Shown here piece after piece: positions 47,491 through 59,299 of a stretch of 64,000 bases of DNA. Location of the stretch: positions 6,037,544 to 6,101,543 of the forward strand of contig NC_090205.1 of assembly GCF_033026475.1 (NCBI RefSeq). Reading direction: 5' to 3'. The DNA is from Channa argus (Eukaryota). The translations under genes and the position numbers were made by a program. The notes below the pieces were generated by a model. The model was not told the DNA's origin, did not search any database, and worked only from the letters and a program-made list of their open reading frames with translations. Position 1 is the first letter of the stretch; the number at the start of each line of letters is the position of its first letter.

Positions 47491-47765
47491 TGTCACTGTT
47501 AGATTCAAGCAAACACACAATTTGAACAAACACTCACTGTTTAACATTTATGACAGATGAACAAAAATCTTTAGTCATTTTTTGTTGAAGTTATCTGTAG
47601 ATTCTTTGAGATTTGGAACTTTTAGCATTTTACATTTTAAAATAAATGTATTTCTGTATTTTTAGGATTATTGTAACATTTGAATGCTGCTTTTAAACAC
47701 ATTGTAACTCTGTAATTCTCATCCTAAATGTGCTCTAATGTGAGTGAGGCATAGAAATAGCACTT

Positions 47766-48200
47766 TAATGCTGCCCAGTGTCAGAAAGCTTCGTCTCAGT
47801 CACATGTCCTCCAACAGCATAATGACCCACACAGCTCAAAACACCCAAAAATGGCTAAGAACAAAGACTGGAGTATTCTGAAGTGGCCTTTGATGAGCCC
47901 TGATCTAAATCCTCTTCAAGAAAGAACTGAAACATGCAGTGTGGAGAAGGCTCCCTTCAAACCTGAGACCGCTGGAGCAGTTTGCTCACGAGGAGTGGGC
48001 CAAAATACCTGTCGACAGGTGCAGAAGTCACAGAAATCACTTTGTTGCAGTGAACAGCTCAGAAGTTTGTGCAACAAAACAAAAGCTTCCATCATTTTTG
48101 TCCAGGCCAATTTCATTAGTTTGTTTTTTAAAATGCTTCTGTTGAAGCACAATTCAAAAGTAATGTCTGATTTTCAGAAGCTTATTTTAAGTACAATTAA
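47766..48200 (+). mobile_element. Tc1-mariner fragment (3' half; same ancestral insertion as 36425-37797 with an internal deletion)
   Basis: ORF 47851-48450 starts ...LKWPLMSPDLNPLQERTETCSVEKAPFKPE, and 47939-48145 reads LEQFAHEEWAKIPVDRCRSHRNHF. The flank at 47700-47765 equals 36290-36350, and the junction gcatagaaatagcactt|taatgctgcccagtg shows the internal deletion. Confidence 0.7.
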
Positions 48201-48288
48201 ATTCAGTGACCATTGTGGGTTTTCTTTCTTTAACAAACGGTACCAATTATTTTTTCCACGTGTGTATGATGGCGAAACAATAGTTATG

Positions 48289-50444
48289 CTATTTTTCACA
48301 TATCCATGGCAGCGAGGCTTCACAGGGCAGGTCCTTCCACACTCCTTTCTGAGCTCGGATTTGGACACAGTCCTCATTGCCAAAAATACCACCATTGTTG
48401 GGCTCCTGCTGCTCCCAGTACCTAACAGAACAAACACACAAACATCATGATGTGGTAAATCTGTGACATCAACAGTTTCTCTGTGGAACCTGATGATCTC
48501 CAGGTTGATGACTGGAGTATCAAGTGTTGTCAGCAGACACTCTAGCAGCTCCACAAGTTTCTGCTCCAAGTGATGCTCTGAGCAACATGCCAATTTTGAC
48601 AGTGGTTCAGTTTTTATTCTCTGTCTCTGTATGTATATTTTTATCTCCTTGCATTGCTGTTTGAAGTTTGGTGCACATTACATGATTATTAAATCCTGAC
48701 TGGCTTTTAAAATGTGGGAGACCCCAGATAGGAAGACAGATTTACAGAATGTTAATCTCAAGAATGCACACACTGGAATAATCAGTCAACAACACCACAC
48801 ACTTTATGCTCAGCATCAACTAACATGTCAGCTTGTGCTGTTTTGCTCTCAGAAACAAGATATTATCCTGTAGTGTGGCCCAGCTTTAGCAATTTCTTTT
48901 TAGTCTTTTTCTCCTTGTATAAATACAACAGACTCCAGTCGGGACAAATGTGACTGACAGAATGAAGAAAGAGCATGAGAGGAAAATATTGGGATGTAAA
49001 CAAAGTGAAGCACTTACTTCAAAGTCAGTGGAGATCCATCCATCCATTTCCAGGTGCCCTCTTTGTCTGTGTCACTCAAACCAATCCATGCATCACTCTG
49101 AGCCAATTCAAAGAGGAAAGTCTGTTTAATATAAAAAAGGTTTATATATAATAACATAATTAAAATATAATTCCTGATTGTAATAACATTATAACTTGAA
49201 AATATCTGATAATTAATTTAAATCATTGCACAAAGTTTTTATCAAAACACTTTGTTATAAAAGTGCATTAAATACATAACCAATTACAGCTTTAACACAT
49301 TTTTGTACATGAACACTAATGATTTTATCTCCAAATTCTTGCTTAGCATTAATAATTTAGACAGATAAAAACACTGCACCTGTTCTACAGCCGTGTATAT
49401 AACCATCAGATGTGCTCCTTGATTTTCACAGTCCGCTCCACCTTTTTTCCAAGAGCCAGACTCAGCAGACAGGTAATAACAGGAGCAGCTGGACACCGTC
49501 CATCCTGTGGGACAAGGTTTTTCTGTGACAAAAAAAGTACAGATATTAAAAATCTGTCCAGACACTCAGTCTTCTACTGCAAAAGAAAGGTGTGAGGTAG
49601 AACTGCAGATTAAACAACTTGGTGGGGTTTTTTTTTTTTGGTCACAAAGGCCACAACAGTAAATGTCCATCGTTGTAATAATGTGCACGGAGAATGTGTC
49701 CTGTGGGTCCTTAGTATCTGCAGAACTATAGTGGACTGTGCAAACCTGAACATGCACAGTTTCATATATATAATTATGTTTGCAGCATTTGAACCATGTC
49801 ATGTAATCTGTGTGGACAAACTCTGAAGCTTCTTCCGCTCCTCAATCATTTGAATGATGCTGGCATTCAGCTGGTTTCTCTCTTCAGTCAAGGACGACAC
49901 TTTGTTCTTAGCGTCCTGGAGACGTTCAGTCAACATGTTTTTAATGGTGGAGAGTTCTGCAGCTGCACCGAGCACCGAGTTATAATCTGAAATAATGAAG
50001 TGACGTGTTTGTATCTGATGCTCATAATTTAATCTTCATCCAGTCTACATTTGTAAAATGTCATCTACACTGACAAAGTATCGTAACGGATAAATTAAAA
50101 ATAAACCATAAGTCAATTGACAAAAGACAGCAAAAAAGACAATGTCTAAGACAAAAAAAACCAGGACTTATGAAAACCAGACTCACAGTGGACACTGAGG
50201 ACGATGAGTCCAGCCAACAGGAAAACACTCAGCAGCCCCAGACAGAGAACAACAGCTCCATGACATCTGCTGGGACCTGAACAGAGAAAACACCAGTGAA
50301 GAGAGACGAACAACAGAAATAACGGATTATCCTCCTCTCAGTTTGTACACATTTTCATTCTCACCTGTCTGATCAGTTGAAGGTCTGGAATGAACAGACT
50401 TGTCATATTCAACATTGACATATACTTCCTCCATTAATCAGAGT
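48289..50444 (-). CDS. Type II transmembrane C-type lectin receptor, gene E (second subfamily; all six exons present, neck-exon splice donor unclear)
   Basis: - Exon 1, 50444-50375: MEEVYVNVEYDKSVHSRPSTDQT.
- TM exon, about 50290-50189: ...VVLCLGLLSVFLLAGLIVLSVH.
- Neck, about 49981-49820: YNSVLGAAAELSTIKNMLTERLQDAKNKVSSLTEERNQLNASIIQMIEERKKLQSL.
- CTLD1, about 49555-49405: KPCPTGWTVSSCSCYYLSAESGSWKKGGADCENQGAHLMVIYTAVEQ.
- CTLD2, about 49125-49015: [34 protein letters not shown].
- CTLD3, about 48430-48289: YWEQQEPNNGGIFGNEDCVQIRAQKGVWKDLPCEASLPWICEK*.
The GTGAGT neck donor present in the paralogs is missing here, and the read-through frame reaches TGA. Confidence 0.55.
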
Positions 50445-52139
50445 GAACAACTGTCTCCTGGAAGGTAAACTGCATTTCACGTAAACTAAGGTTTAGTTGG
50501 TTTCAGTCTTAGGAAGTTAAAAGTTTCAGTGGTTTTAATGACGGGCACTTCTTTACCAAACAGCATTATTTTAAGACACAATGTATTTAGTTCTGTGTCT
50601 TTGGGATGTTCACTTTAGACATTATTAACAAATTAAAAATTGTAAACCCTGTGTAGCCCTGCACTAAACTTTTTATTTTTTTAAATATTAAAAAAGTGAC
50701 CCAATTTTAAAATAAAACTTCAAGATGTTCTCAATAGACTCACTTATTATCTGTAAGGTACTAGTTTTAGGGTTGGACATAATAATGTGCTTGACACAAC
50801 TACTCAGTTTAAAATCCCTTTAGTGACTCAGTGCAATAGTCTCTGGATTCCATAGTTCAGACATGGTTCTTGACATTGGTATGAGAATTCTTACAGTGGA
50901 TATTCACTTGGTGAAGTCCTTGATACAGGTAACTTGAACACATGATGGATACTCGTCTGTTACTTGTCTGAGTTCCGCATTAGAGTAGTAGATAATCACA
51001 TAACTTGGTTAAAACGTAACATGACATGATCAAAACGCAGGCATGACCTGGTAAATCTTCTCCTTATAATCACGTGGTGACAAGGGCTTGTGAAAAACTT
51101 GATCCCTCATGGGCAGATAACAGTTCTCATAATTCATTAGGTCAGTAACAGAGACTCAGTAGGTAGCAGTTACTCAATTAACCGAAGTAGCAGCAGAGTC
51201 ACGTCAAAAACGTAGCATGGCCTGAGTGGCCTGAAATAAAAGTCATGAAGGAGGAAGTGAAGTTGATGATCCTGACATTGTCTCCTCATCATTACATCAC
51301 TGCCAGTAAAAAAGTTTGTGATTTGACCTTTACACAGTAAAAATAAATCTCAGTGGCAGGATGATGAGTGAGTGTGTGTTGGCGATGAAGAGCCCGACCT
51401 GAAGCATCAGAGGGAGCTGATGGATGGACAGTGGACTCTGACACTACATGTCAATCAGTCATCAACTTGTTATTTACTCACTTATATCCTGACTACATGC
51501 TTATTTCACATACATTCATGAATACAGATTTTTGGTTTAGGTCTGAGCATCTACATTATTTGCTGAGTTGTTATGATTCTCATGTCTGCTTTTGTTTTGA
51601 AATCAGGATCTCTGCGAGCCACCAGTGGTGATTGTTCACATGGAGTCCATGGAGATGTTTTTCCCCACAACTGACCTCATTGGGGTTTTTTTCCATCTGT
51701 GTTCTCTGGGTCTGGATCGTCCAGGGTTTTTTGCCTGAACTTGCAGTGAAGGGAAATTAAATAAATTCATATGAAATGATCTTACTTGAACTGTAATTTA
51801 AAGAAATGACACATTTGCATTGAAGCTTTTTGACAATTGTGAATACCTAAAATTGAGGAGACTGTTGTACGGGGAGAGAGTTGCCTTTTGAGACTTTTGT
51901 TGACTCTAACTACCTACTAGTAATTTGGTTTACAAGTACATTGTAAAGGTCCAGAATGTCATTAATCTGAAAGCGGATTCTAATATGAAGCAGGTTATGT
52001 TCTGTAAACTTGTTTCTCTTTTGCTTGTTTGCTTTGAAGTGTTACGTATTTCTTTTGACCATTCCTGAGAAGTTTCTACACCTTGACTGGAGTCCACCTG
52101 TGCTAAATTAAATTGATAGGACATGATTTGGAAAGGGAC

Positions 52140-52930
52140 ACACTTCAGGCCTCACAGCTCATAATGCATATGGTATCAGAGCAAAAGCCATGAGGTCAAA
52201 GGTACTGTCTGCAGAGCTTAGAAACAAGATGATTTCAAGGCACAGATCTGGGAAAGGCTACAAAAGTTCTGCACACAGTGGGTTAGTAATTCTCAAATGA
52301 AGAAAGTTTGGCACAACCAGGACTCTTCCAAGAACTGGTCAACTGGCCAAATCGAACAATCGGGGGAGAAGGGCCTTAGTAAGAGAGGTGACGAAGAACC
52401 TGATGGTCAGTGACTGAGCTACAGAATCCTGTGCGGAGATGGTACAAAGTTCCAGAAGGACAACCATCACTGCAGCCCTCTACTGATCAGGGTTTTATAG
52501 CAGAGTGGCTAGACAGAAGCCTCCACTCAGTGCAAATCAAATTAAATTCTGCTTGGAGTTTTCAACAAAGCACCTGAAGGACTCTCAGACTGTGAGGAAC
52601 AAGATTCTCTGGTTTCATCTAATCAAAATTGAACTGTTTGGCCTCAATTGTAATGGTTATGTCTGAAGGAAAACCAGGCAATGTTCATCACCTGCCCAAT
52701 ACCATCTCCAAAGTGAAGCATGGTGGTGGCAGCATCATGTTGTGGGTGTGTTTTTCAGCAGCAGGGACTGGGAGCCTGGTCAGGGTTGAGCAAAAGCTGA
52801 ATGGAGTAATGTACAGAGACATCCTCAATGAGTCAGGGCTCTGACTTGAACGCTGTTGAACATCACTGGAGAGACGTGTAAATGACTGTCCCCATCCAAC
52901 CTGCAAAGTTTGTCGTGTCTTCGTCAAAAA
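52140..52930 (+). mobile_element. Tc1-mariner transposase fragment (degenerate)
   Basis: ORF 52629-52844 reads ...KPGNVHHLPNTISKVKHGGGSIMLWVCFSAAGTGSLVRVEQKLNGVMYRDILNE, which is the DDE-domain region. Upstream frames read ...MISRHRSGKGYK...RTLPRTGQLAKSNNRGRRALVREVTKN, with stops. Confidence 0.75.
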
Positions 52931-53585
52931 AACCTGAAAGTAAAGGGTCCAAATACCGATGTACGTGTGATATTTCAGTTTTTTTACTTTCTATTTAATT
53001 TACAGACATTTCTAAAATTCAGTTTTCACTTTGTCATTATGTGGTACAGAGTGTAGTTTAATTTAAAAAAATTAATTTAAACAATTGTTTTATCAGGCTG
53101 CACCAAAACTACAAAAAAGTGAAGGGAAACTGTCTAAATGCACTGTATATACTGTAAGTGAAATATATGAATAACAGAGGCGGTGGATACACATCACCAG
53201 CTAAAGCGTAATCACAGCAGACATTGTAAAGGCATGTTCATACGTGATGATATTTTTCCACAGATCCATTTCAGAGAAGTTTTACAGGGCAGGTCCTTCC
53301 ACACTCCTTTTTTACCTCGGATTTGTACACAGTTCTCATTGCCATTTATACCCCCGTTGTTGGGCTCCTGGTCCTCGCAGTACCTGACAGAGTACACAAA
53401 GAAACAAACATCATGATGTGGTATTTATATAACATTTCTGTTCCTTAGTGACACTTGATGATCTCCAGGTTGATGTCTGGTGTATCAAGTGTTATCTGCA
53501 GCAAAAATAAAAGCAATGGTACAGTCAGAGCCAACAGGAAGTGTGCCAACAGACACTCTAGCAGTTCTGTGAGTCTTAACTCAAA

Positions 53586-54380
53586 GTGATGAAAGCTACA
53601 GATGCTGTGGACTCTGAGGTCTCGATTACATCTGGGGCACTGCTCTGGAGTGGTCATACTTGGCAGAGAGAACATTTTGCGTACAAATCAGTCCTCTTCT
53701 GCTGCTCTTTTGTATGGGGTTCTGCAGGGCTCAATTCTTGGGCCTCTGCTTTTTTCCCTCTATCTGCTCCCCCTTGGCTCCATTCTTAGAAAGCACAATT
53801 GTCCTTCCTTATGCAGAAGACACCCAGATATATTCGCCACTGATACAGAAGGATGGCTACTCCATACACTCACTGAATAAGTGTCTTAAGGATTTAAGAG
53901 CCTGTATGGCTCGTGACTTCCTCCATTTTAATGAAAAAAAGATCCAAAGACCAGCAGTGGGTCCTCCCTTGTAGACCTGCGCACTGTGACACAATTTGTT
54001 AAACATAATGTCACAAATTTGGGTGTTAAGGTGGACAGTGGTTTTACCTTGGACGGGCAGGTTAGTTCAGTGGTGAAATCCAGCTTCTTTCACTTAAGAC
54101 AACTTGGCTGGATTACTGTAATTCTCTTTATTTTGGTGTCTCTCACTTGTCCCTGTCCTGTCTTCAGCTGGTACAAAATGCAGCTGCACGTTTATTAACG
54201 GGAACAGGGAAGAGACAACACATCACCCCGGTTTTAGCCTCACCGCACTGGCTGCCTGTCCATCCTAGAGTTAATTTTAAAGTTCTTGTGTTTGTGTTTC
54301 AATCCTCAAATGGTCGTGCCCCACCCTATATGTGCACCCCCACTTCCAGGTCACTCAGGTCAGCTGACCCAGTATGAGTA
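53586..54380 (+). mobile_element. L2-clade LINE fragment (RT C-terminal part, internally deleted), followed by AT-rich microsatellite
   Basis: It reads ...[30 protein letters not shown]...AEDTQIY...LQLVQNAAARLLTGTGKRQHITPVLASPHWLPVHPRVNFKVLVFVFQSSNGRAPPYM. It belongs to the same family as the element at 23833-26385. Confidence 0.8.
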
Positions 54381-56299
54381 GTTTATTATACTATTTCATT
54401 GTATTTTGTTCCTTAAATTCTTTTATACTTTTTATTTTTTATTTATATATATAATTTGGTTTTACTATTTTAATTGTTAAGCACTTCAGTCAGACTTTGC
54501 TGCTTTTAAAGTGCTTTATAAATAAAGTTGGCTCGACTGTGAGCAACATGCCAATTTTGACCCTGTTTCACTTTTTATTCTCTCTTTTGTATATACATTA
54601 CTCCTTCCATTGCTGTTTTAGGTTTGGTGATGATTATTAAACTTTAACTAATTTTCTAAACGTGGGACACCCCAGATATAATTGTAATGTTTTAATCTCG
54701 GGAATGCGCACACTAGAATATTCATTTAAGAAAAACAACACAAACTTTGACATTATGCTCAGCATCAACTAACTCAGCTAATGTCAGCTCGTGCTGTTTT
54801 GCTCTGAGAAACAAGATATTATCCTTTAGTGGGGCCCAGCTTTAGATGGTTGCCCCTCGCCTTTTCTCTTTACTCTTTTACTCCCTGTATAAATAAAAGT
54901 ATGTCTCAGTTTTGTTGACACACATAAACCAGGATATTGGGATGTAAACAAAGTGAAGGACTTACTTCAAAGTCGGTGGAGGTTCATCCATTTTCAGGTG
55001 CCCTCTTCATCTGTATCACTCAAACCAATCCATGCATCATCTGCAGTGAATCAAGAGAGTAATGTTTGTTTTGTATATGTATATAACTTTGTTTGTATAT
55101 GTCAAACTGTCTCTGAGCAAGACGCTGAACCCCCAACAGCTCATTCCCCTCCCCAGATGTGCAGTGCCAGTCCAAGCCGGGTAGAGACTGCGGAGGGTTT
55201 CTTCAGGAAGGGCATCTGGCGTAAAAACTGTGACTAATCAACATGTGGACAAAGTTTTCTCTGTAACATATTGTAAGACAGCAGACATAAGTAAAGACAG
55301 AGCTCCATCTCCTGCAGATGTGCTTGAGTGTTGAGAGTTAAAGACCAGTATCTTAAAATGTTAACATCAACATATCAACATGCACACAGAATGTCTCCAA
55401 AGCAGCCAGTCTTTGGAAACATTAGGTTTGCACACACACAAGCTTTTTTCGCCAGGCATCTATGATGCATCTTGTTCCATTTATGCTTCAGCCCACACTC
55501 ACTTTTTTGGGACAAACTCTGAAGCCTGTTCAGTTTTTCAGTTGTTTAAATGAGGCGGATGTTCAGTTGGTCTCTCTCCTCAGTCAGAGAAGACAGTCTG
55601 TCATTCAGCTTGTCCTTCTCCTCAGTCCGTGAAGAAACTTTATTCTTACAGTCTTGCAGAAGGTCAGTCAGGTTTGCTTTGATGGTGGAGAGTTTTTCAG
55701 CTGCACCATGTGCTGCTTTATGGTCTAAAAAAAGAGACATGTCTGTGAAACATAAAATACCACATGAATTCATGTACTGTGATGTTACTAAGAGAAGTCA
55801 AATTGTTTCCTACAATATTTTTTTTCAATGAACTGACCATAATTTAGGTTTAGGAATTAAATATCTTTATCACATTTTATTTTTACACCTACATTCATTC
55901 CTCATGAGGATGTTGATTATTCTTAGTAAAAGTCAGCTCTTCAACACAAGGACACTGAAAGTTCTCATTGGCATCTCTAAATTTTAACATCTAGGTTTCT
56001 GAGGTTCAAAATAGTTCATCTGTAGACATCTGTCACCTCCCTTAAGATAGAAGTGCAACCTGACACAGGATGTTTCTCATGTTCTAATTTGCAACAAATG
56101 ACAGTTTAACATTTTCTTATTCAGATTAGGAAGAAAAAAAAAGAACAACCACCTTTATTGTCATTGAGCACATATATGTATATATATGCACATCCATAAA
56201 TGTTTATGTTTGTACAATGACACGTAAACAGCAACAACTGCTGTAGTGACTTATGTGATAATCTGTGTTTACACCTGTATATATAGTGAAGTTTATACA

Positions 56300-56450
56300 T
56301 TTATATATGGTCCAAGCCCGGTAGAAATTGGGGAGGGTTGCATCAGGAAGGGCATCCGGCATAAAAACTGTGCCAAGTCAACATGCGGACAATGATCCGC
56401 TGTGGTGACCCTGAACTCACGGGATAAGCCGAAAGGACAAAAAACAAACA
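56300..56450 (+). mobile_element. Short RTE-LINE 3'-end fragment (5'-truncated copy / SINE-like) inserted in copy F only
   Basis: It reads ...gggcatccggcataaaaactgtgccaagtcaacatgcggacaatgatccgctgtggtgaccctgaactcacgggataagccgaaaggac, which corresponds to the C-terminal codons ...HMIRCGD plus the tail of the RTE at 43146-46068. It is absent from the paralogous site at about 26540. Confidence 0.65.
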
Positions 56451-56999
56451 AAAAAAACACTTTAATAAGCAATTTTAAAGTTGGATTTTTAATACAAATA
56501 ATATAAACATTTTATAGTTAATGTTTAGTTTTTACAATAATTTAAAAACTAAATGTTAAACTCTTTACATTGGTCCATATATTACTATAATAATAAAACT
56601 GAAATAACAAAACACATTAGGTGCAAACAAAAATAACACACAATTCAAAGAAAGATAATAAAAATTTAACTTGGATAAAAACAGACTCATGGTGGACAAG
56701 GAGACCGATGAGTCCAGTCAACAGGAAAACACTCAGCAGCCCCAGACAGAGACCAACTCTATAAAACCCCTCTCTGAGCTCCTGGGACCTAAGCAGAGAA
56801 AACAATCCACTTAATCCAGTCCTCTATCAGAAATAACAGATGAAAGAGCAGATTTATTCCCACTGAGTCTGTCAGCGTCTGATTGAACATTCTTACCTGT
56901 CTGATTTGTTGAAGGTCTTGAGTGAACAGACTTGTCATGTTCAACATTGACATATATTTTGTCCATGATCATAAATTTGTCAGGTCAGTAAGTGCAAAT

Positions 57000-57960
57000 G
57001 ATAAAGACTTGTTGGTTTCAGATGCTAAGAACACAGGGTTTAAAGTGACAGGTTTTTGTGGTTTTAATGTTGGACAATACAAACCATCATTAGAAGACAC
57101 GGCAAACTACACTAATAGAAGACTGAAGCACATAGTTCAGTCTCTTCACACTTCTGACATTTACTGTAGTAAAATGACATCAGTTCAGGACACGGTTGTG
57201 GAAATGAATAGAAAACACAGTCCCATTTATTCTACCCAACCTGATGCAGCTTTGTAATTTCCTTCTTAGTTCCTGGAAAGAACAGTGGCACAAAGGTTTC
57301 ACAGTTTAGAATAAATGTACAGAAGTTGAGGGGCCGGGGTGGGTTGGGCTGTTAAGACAACACAGCTACAAAAATAAAACAGACTTTGACTGTGTGTATG
57401 TGTTGTAAATATAAATCCTGCACTTGAGGTATTGTGACTTCCTGTCTCTGCTGTGTGTCTCTTAAATTAAATTCCTCTTAATCCTTGAACATTTGTCTTC
57501 CTCCACTTTTACAATGGAAGTTTGACCCACTATTGTTACTTGTTGCTAAATATTTTTCTGATATATTAGAAGTGTCGCTGTTATAAAATTAAGATTCTCT
57601 ATAACCTTCATCCACCGCCAGAAGCCCTGAGAGCGGGCATGTGAGCATCAGAACTGGACCACAGAGTGATGGATAAAGGGGGCCTGGTCTGATCAATCAC
57701 GCTTTCTTTTACATCATGTGGATGGTTGGTTGCATGTGCATCACTTACTCAGGAAAAGATGCTACCAGGATGCACTATGGCAGAAAGGGAAGCTGGCAGA
57801 AGCAGTGTGATGCTCCTGACAATGTTCTGGAGGGAAACCTTACGTTCTGCCATTCTTGGAGATGTTACTTTAACAAGGTACCACCTACAGAAACACTGTT
57901 GCTGAGCTGAAGTACACGGAAACCGTATTTCCTAATGTCTGTGGTCTCTTTTAGTGGTCT
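57000..57960. repeat. Segmental duplicate of 27060-28030 (upstream flank of CLR genes B/F)
   Basis: The two copies are near-identical, including ORF 56922-57257 matching ORF 27093-27344. The blocks are gaagtgtcgc(a/t)gttata...ccttcatccaccaccagaagccctgagagcgggcatgtgagcatcagaactggaccacagag. Confidence 0.8.
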
Positions 57961-58797
57961 CTGCCACACTGCTGTAGCCCGTCTACTCTCCTTTAGGTGT
58001 ATGAGGGGCCCTGAGTTCTTTACTTAGCTCTAAACTCAGTTTTGATTACTTGAATATTTTTTATGGTCTTGAATTTCACCTGTAAAAGCAGATTATTACT
58101 AACTTCAAATACACTAGTTTACTCACCCTTTAAGAAATCTTTTTAGAACTGGGATATCTATCGAAATTATTGAAGCAATAACATCACAAAACAGTTCTAG
58201 TTTAAACTTAAATCCCTATTTAATTGAAAAGTAAAAATAAAAAGATATATGAATATATATAATAACTTAAAATGTTTACATTCCTTATTCCTAAATAATA
58301 TATATTCTTAAATATATGGCACAGTATCAGAACAAAAAATACATTTACCCTTCAGGGCTGTTTAACCTGACTCACAGATGTTTTAACTGTCCTTTTATCA
58401 AAAACTCAATCAATTAATAAAACCAAAAAATAGTTGCAGGCCTGAGTCGGTGCTGGGGGGCGTTGTGACCAAAAACTCAGTGGCCGCTTCTCTCCAACAA
58501 GAGCAACAAACAAACTAAAATGTGATACCTTTTTCACAGGTGAGCGATATGTCCAACCAATCCTGCGACTCCCTCTGTCACTGTCTCCGAGTCAGACGTC
58601 TGTAGAGCTGTAGAGCCTGTCCAAAGGTGTCTCTGTTCCCCGAATCAGCAACAGTTCAACACGACACGTGTAGCTGGGTTAGCTTGGTTAGCTAGCTGCC
58701 TCCCTCGGTTGACGCTGTTACTACTCCTCATCGGATTGATGAGTAGGTCCTCTCCTGATAAACACTTCGTATTTCTCGCTGAAATACTTAGTCCATC

Positions 58798-58830
58798 AGA
58801 AAAAAAAAAAAAAAAAAAAAAAAAAATATC
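58798..58830. repeat. poly(A) tract (~31 A)
   Basis: The tract is a direct read. It is preceded by an unusually GC-rich segment at 58430-58790. Confidence 0.9.
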
Positions 58831-59299
58831 CACTTGCAGATTATCGATCTGACAATCTAAAACTGTTACCACAGGTTACTAGCGTACAGCTTCAAACTTT
58901 TCCCTTTTAATTAACTCGTTAGCTCGTTAACATCCTCTCGCTCTCTCTTGATCACGTTCTCAGCGCATGTTCACATTCACTTCCGTTAACAAAATAAAAT
59001 CCTACGTTATCACCTCAAAAAGATACCACATACAACAAAACATTTTAAACATTAACCCATGAATTCAACATTTAATATCACAAACATTTTAAACAAACAA
59101 CAAACAACAATAAACAACAAATATAACAAAATACACAATTTGACCCAGTATTACCTATTCATCTGTGCATATGTAAACAATTATTTATCTAACAAACCTT
59201 GTTTATTTATCTATTTAAAGTACTTAATATATTTTAAATATTTAAATTTATCACTGGGCTACACCCTCCCCCCCCTCTAAATGTCTGGTGTCCCAAACA

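Larger units (their letters stand above)
53212..56966 (-). pseudogene. CLR gene F (second subfamily): CTLD3, L2 fragment in intron, CTLD2 with stop, CTLD1 missing, neck, frameshifted TM exon, cytoplasmic exon
   Basis: - CTLD3, 53397-53240: YCEDQEPNNGGINGNENCVQIRGKKGVWKDLPCKTSLKWICGK.
- CTLD2, about 55075-55000: [21 protein letters not shown], where TGA replaces TGG.
- The CTLD1 position is occupied by an RTE-tail fragment at 55100-55240.
- Neck: ORF 55546-55773.
- TM exon, about 56790-56690: carries a 2-nt deletion relative to gene A and is out of frame with exon 1.
- Exon 1, 56966-56891: MIMDKIYVNVEHDKSVHSRPSTNQT. Confidence 0.6.
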
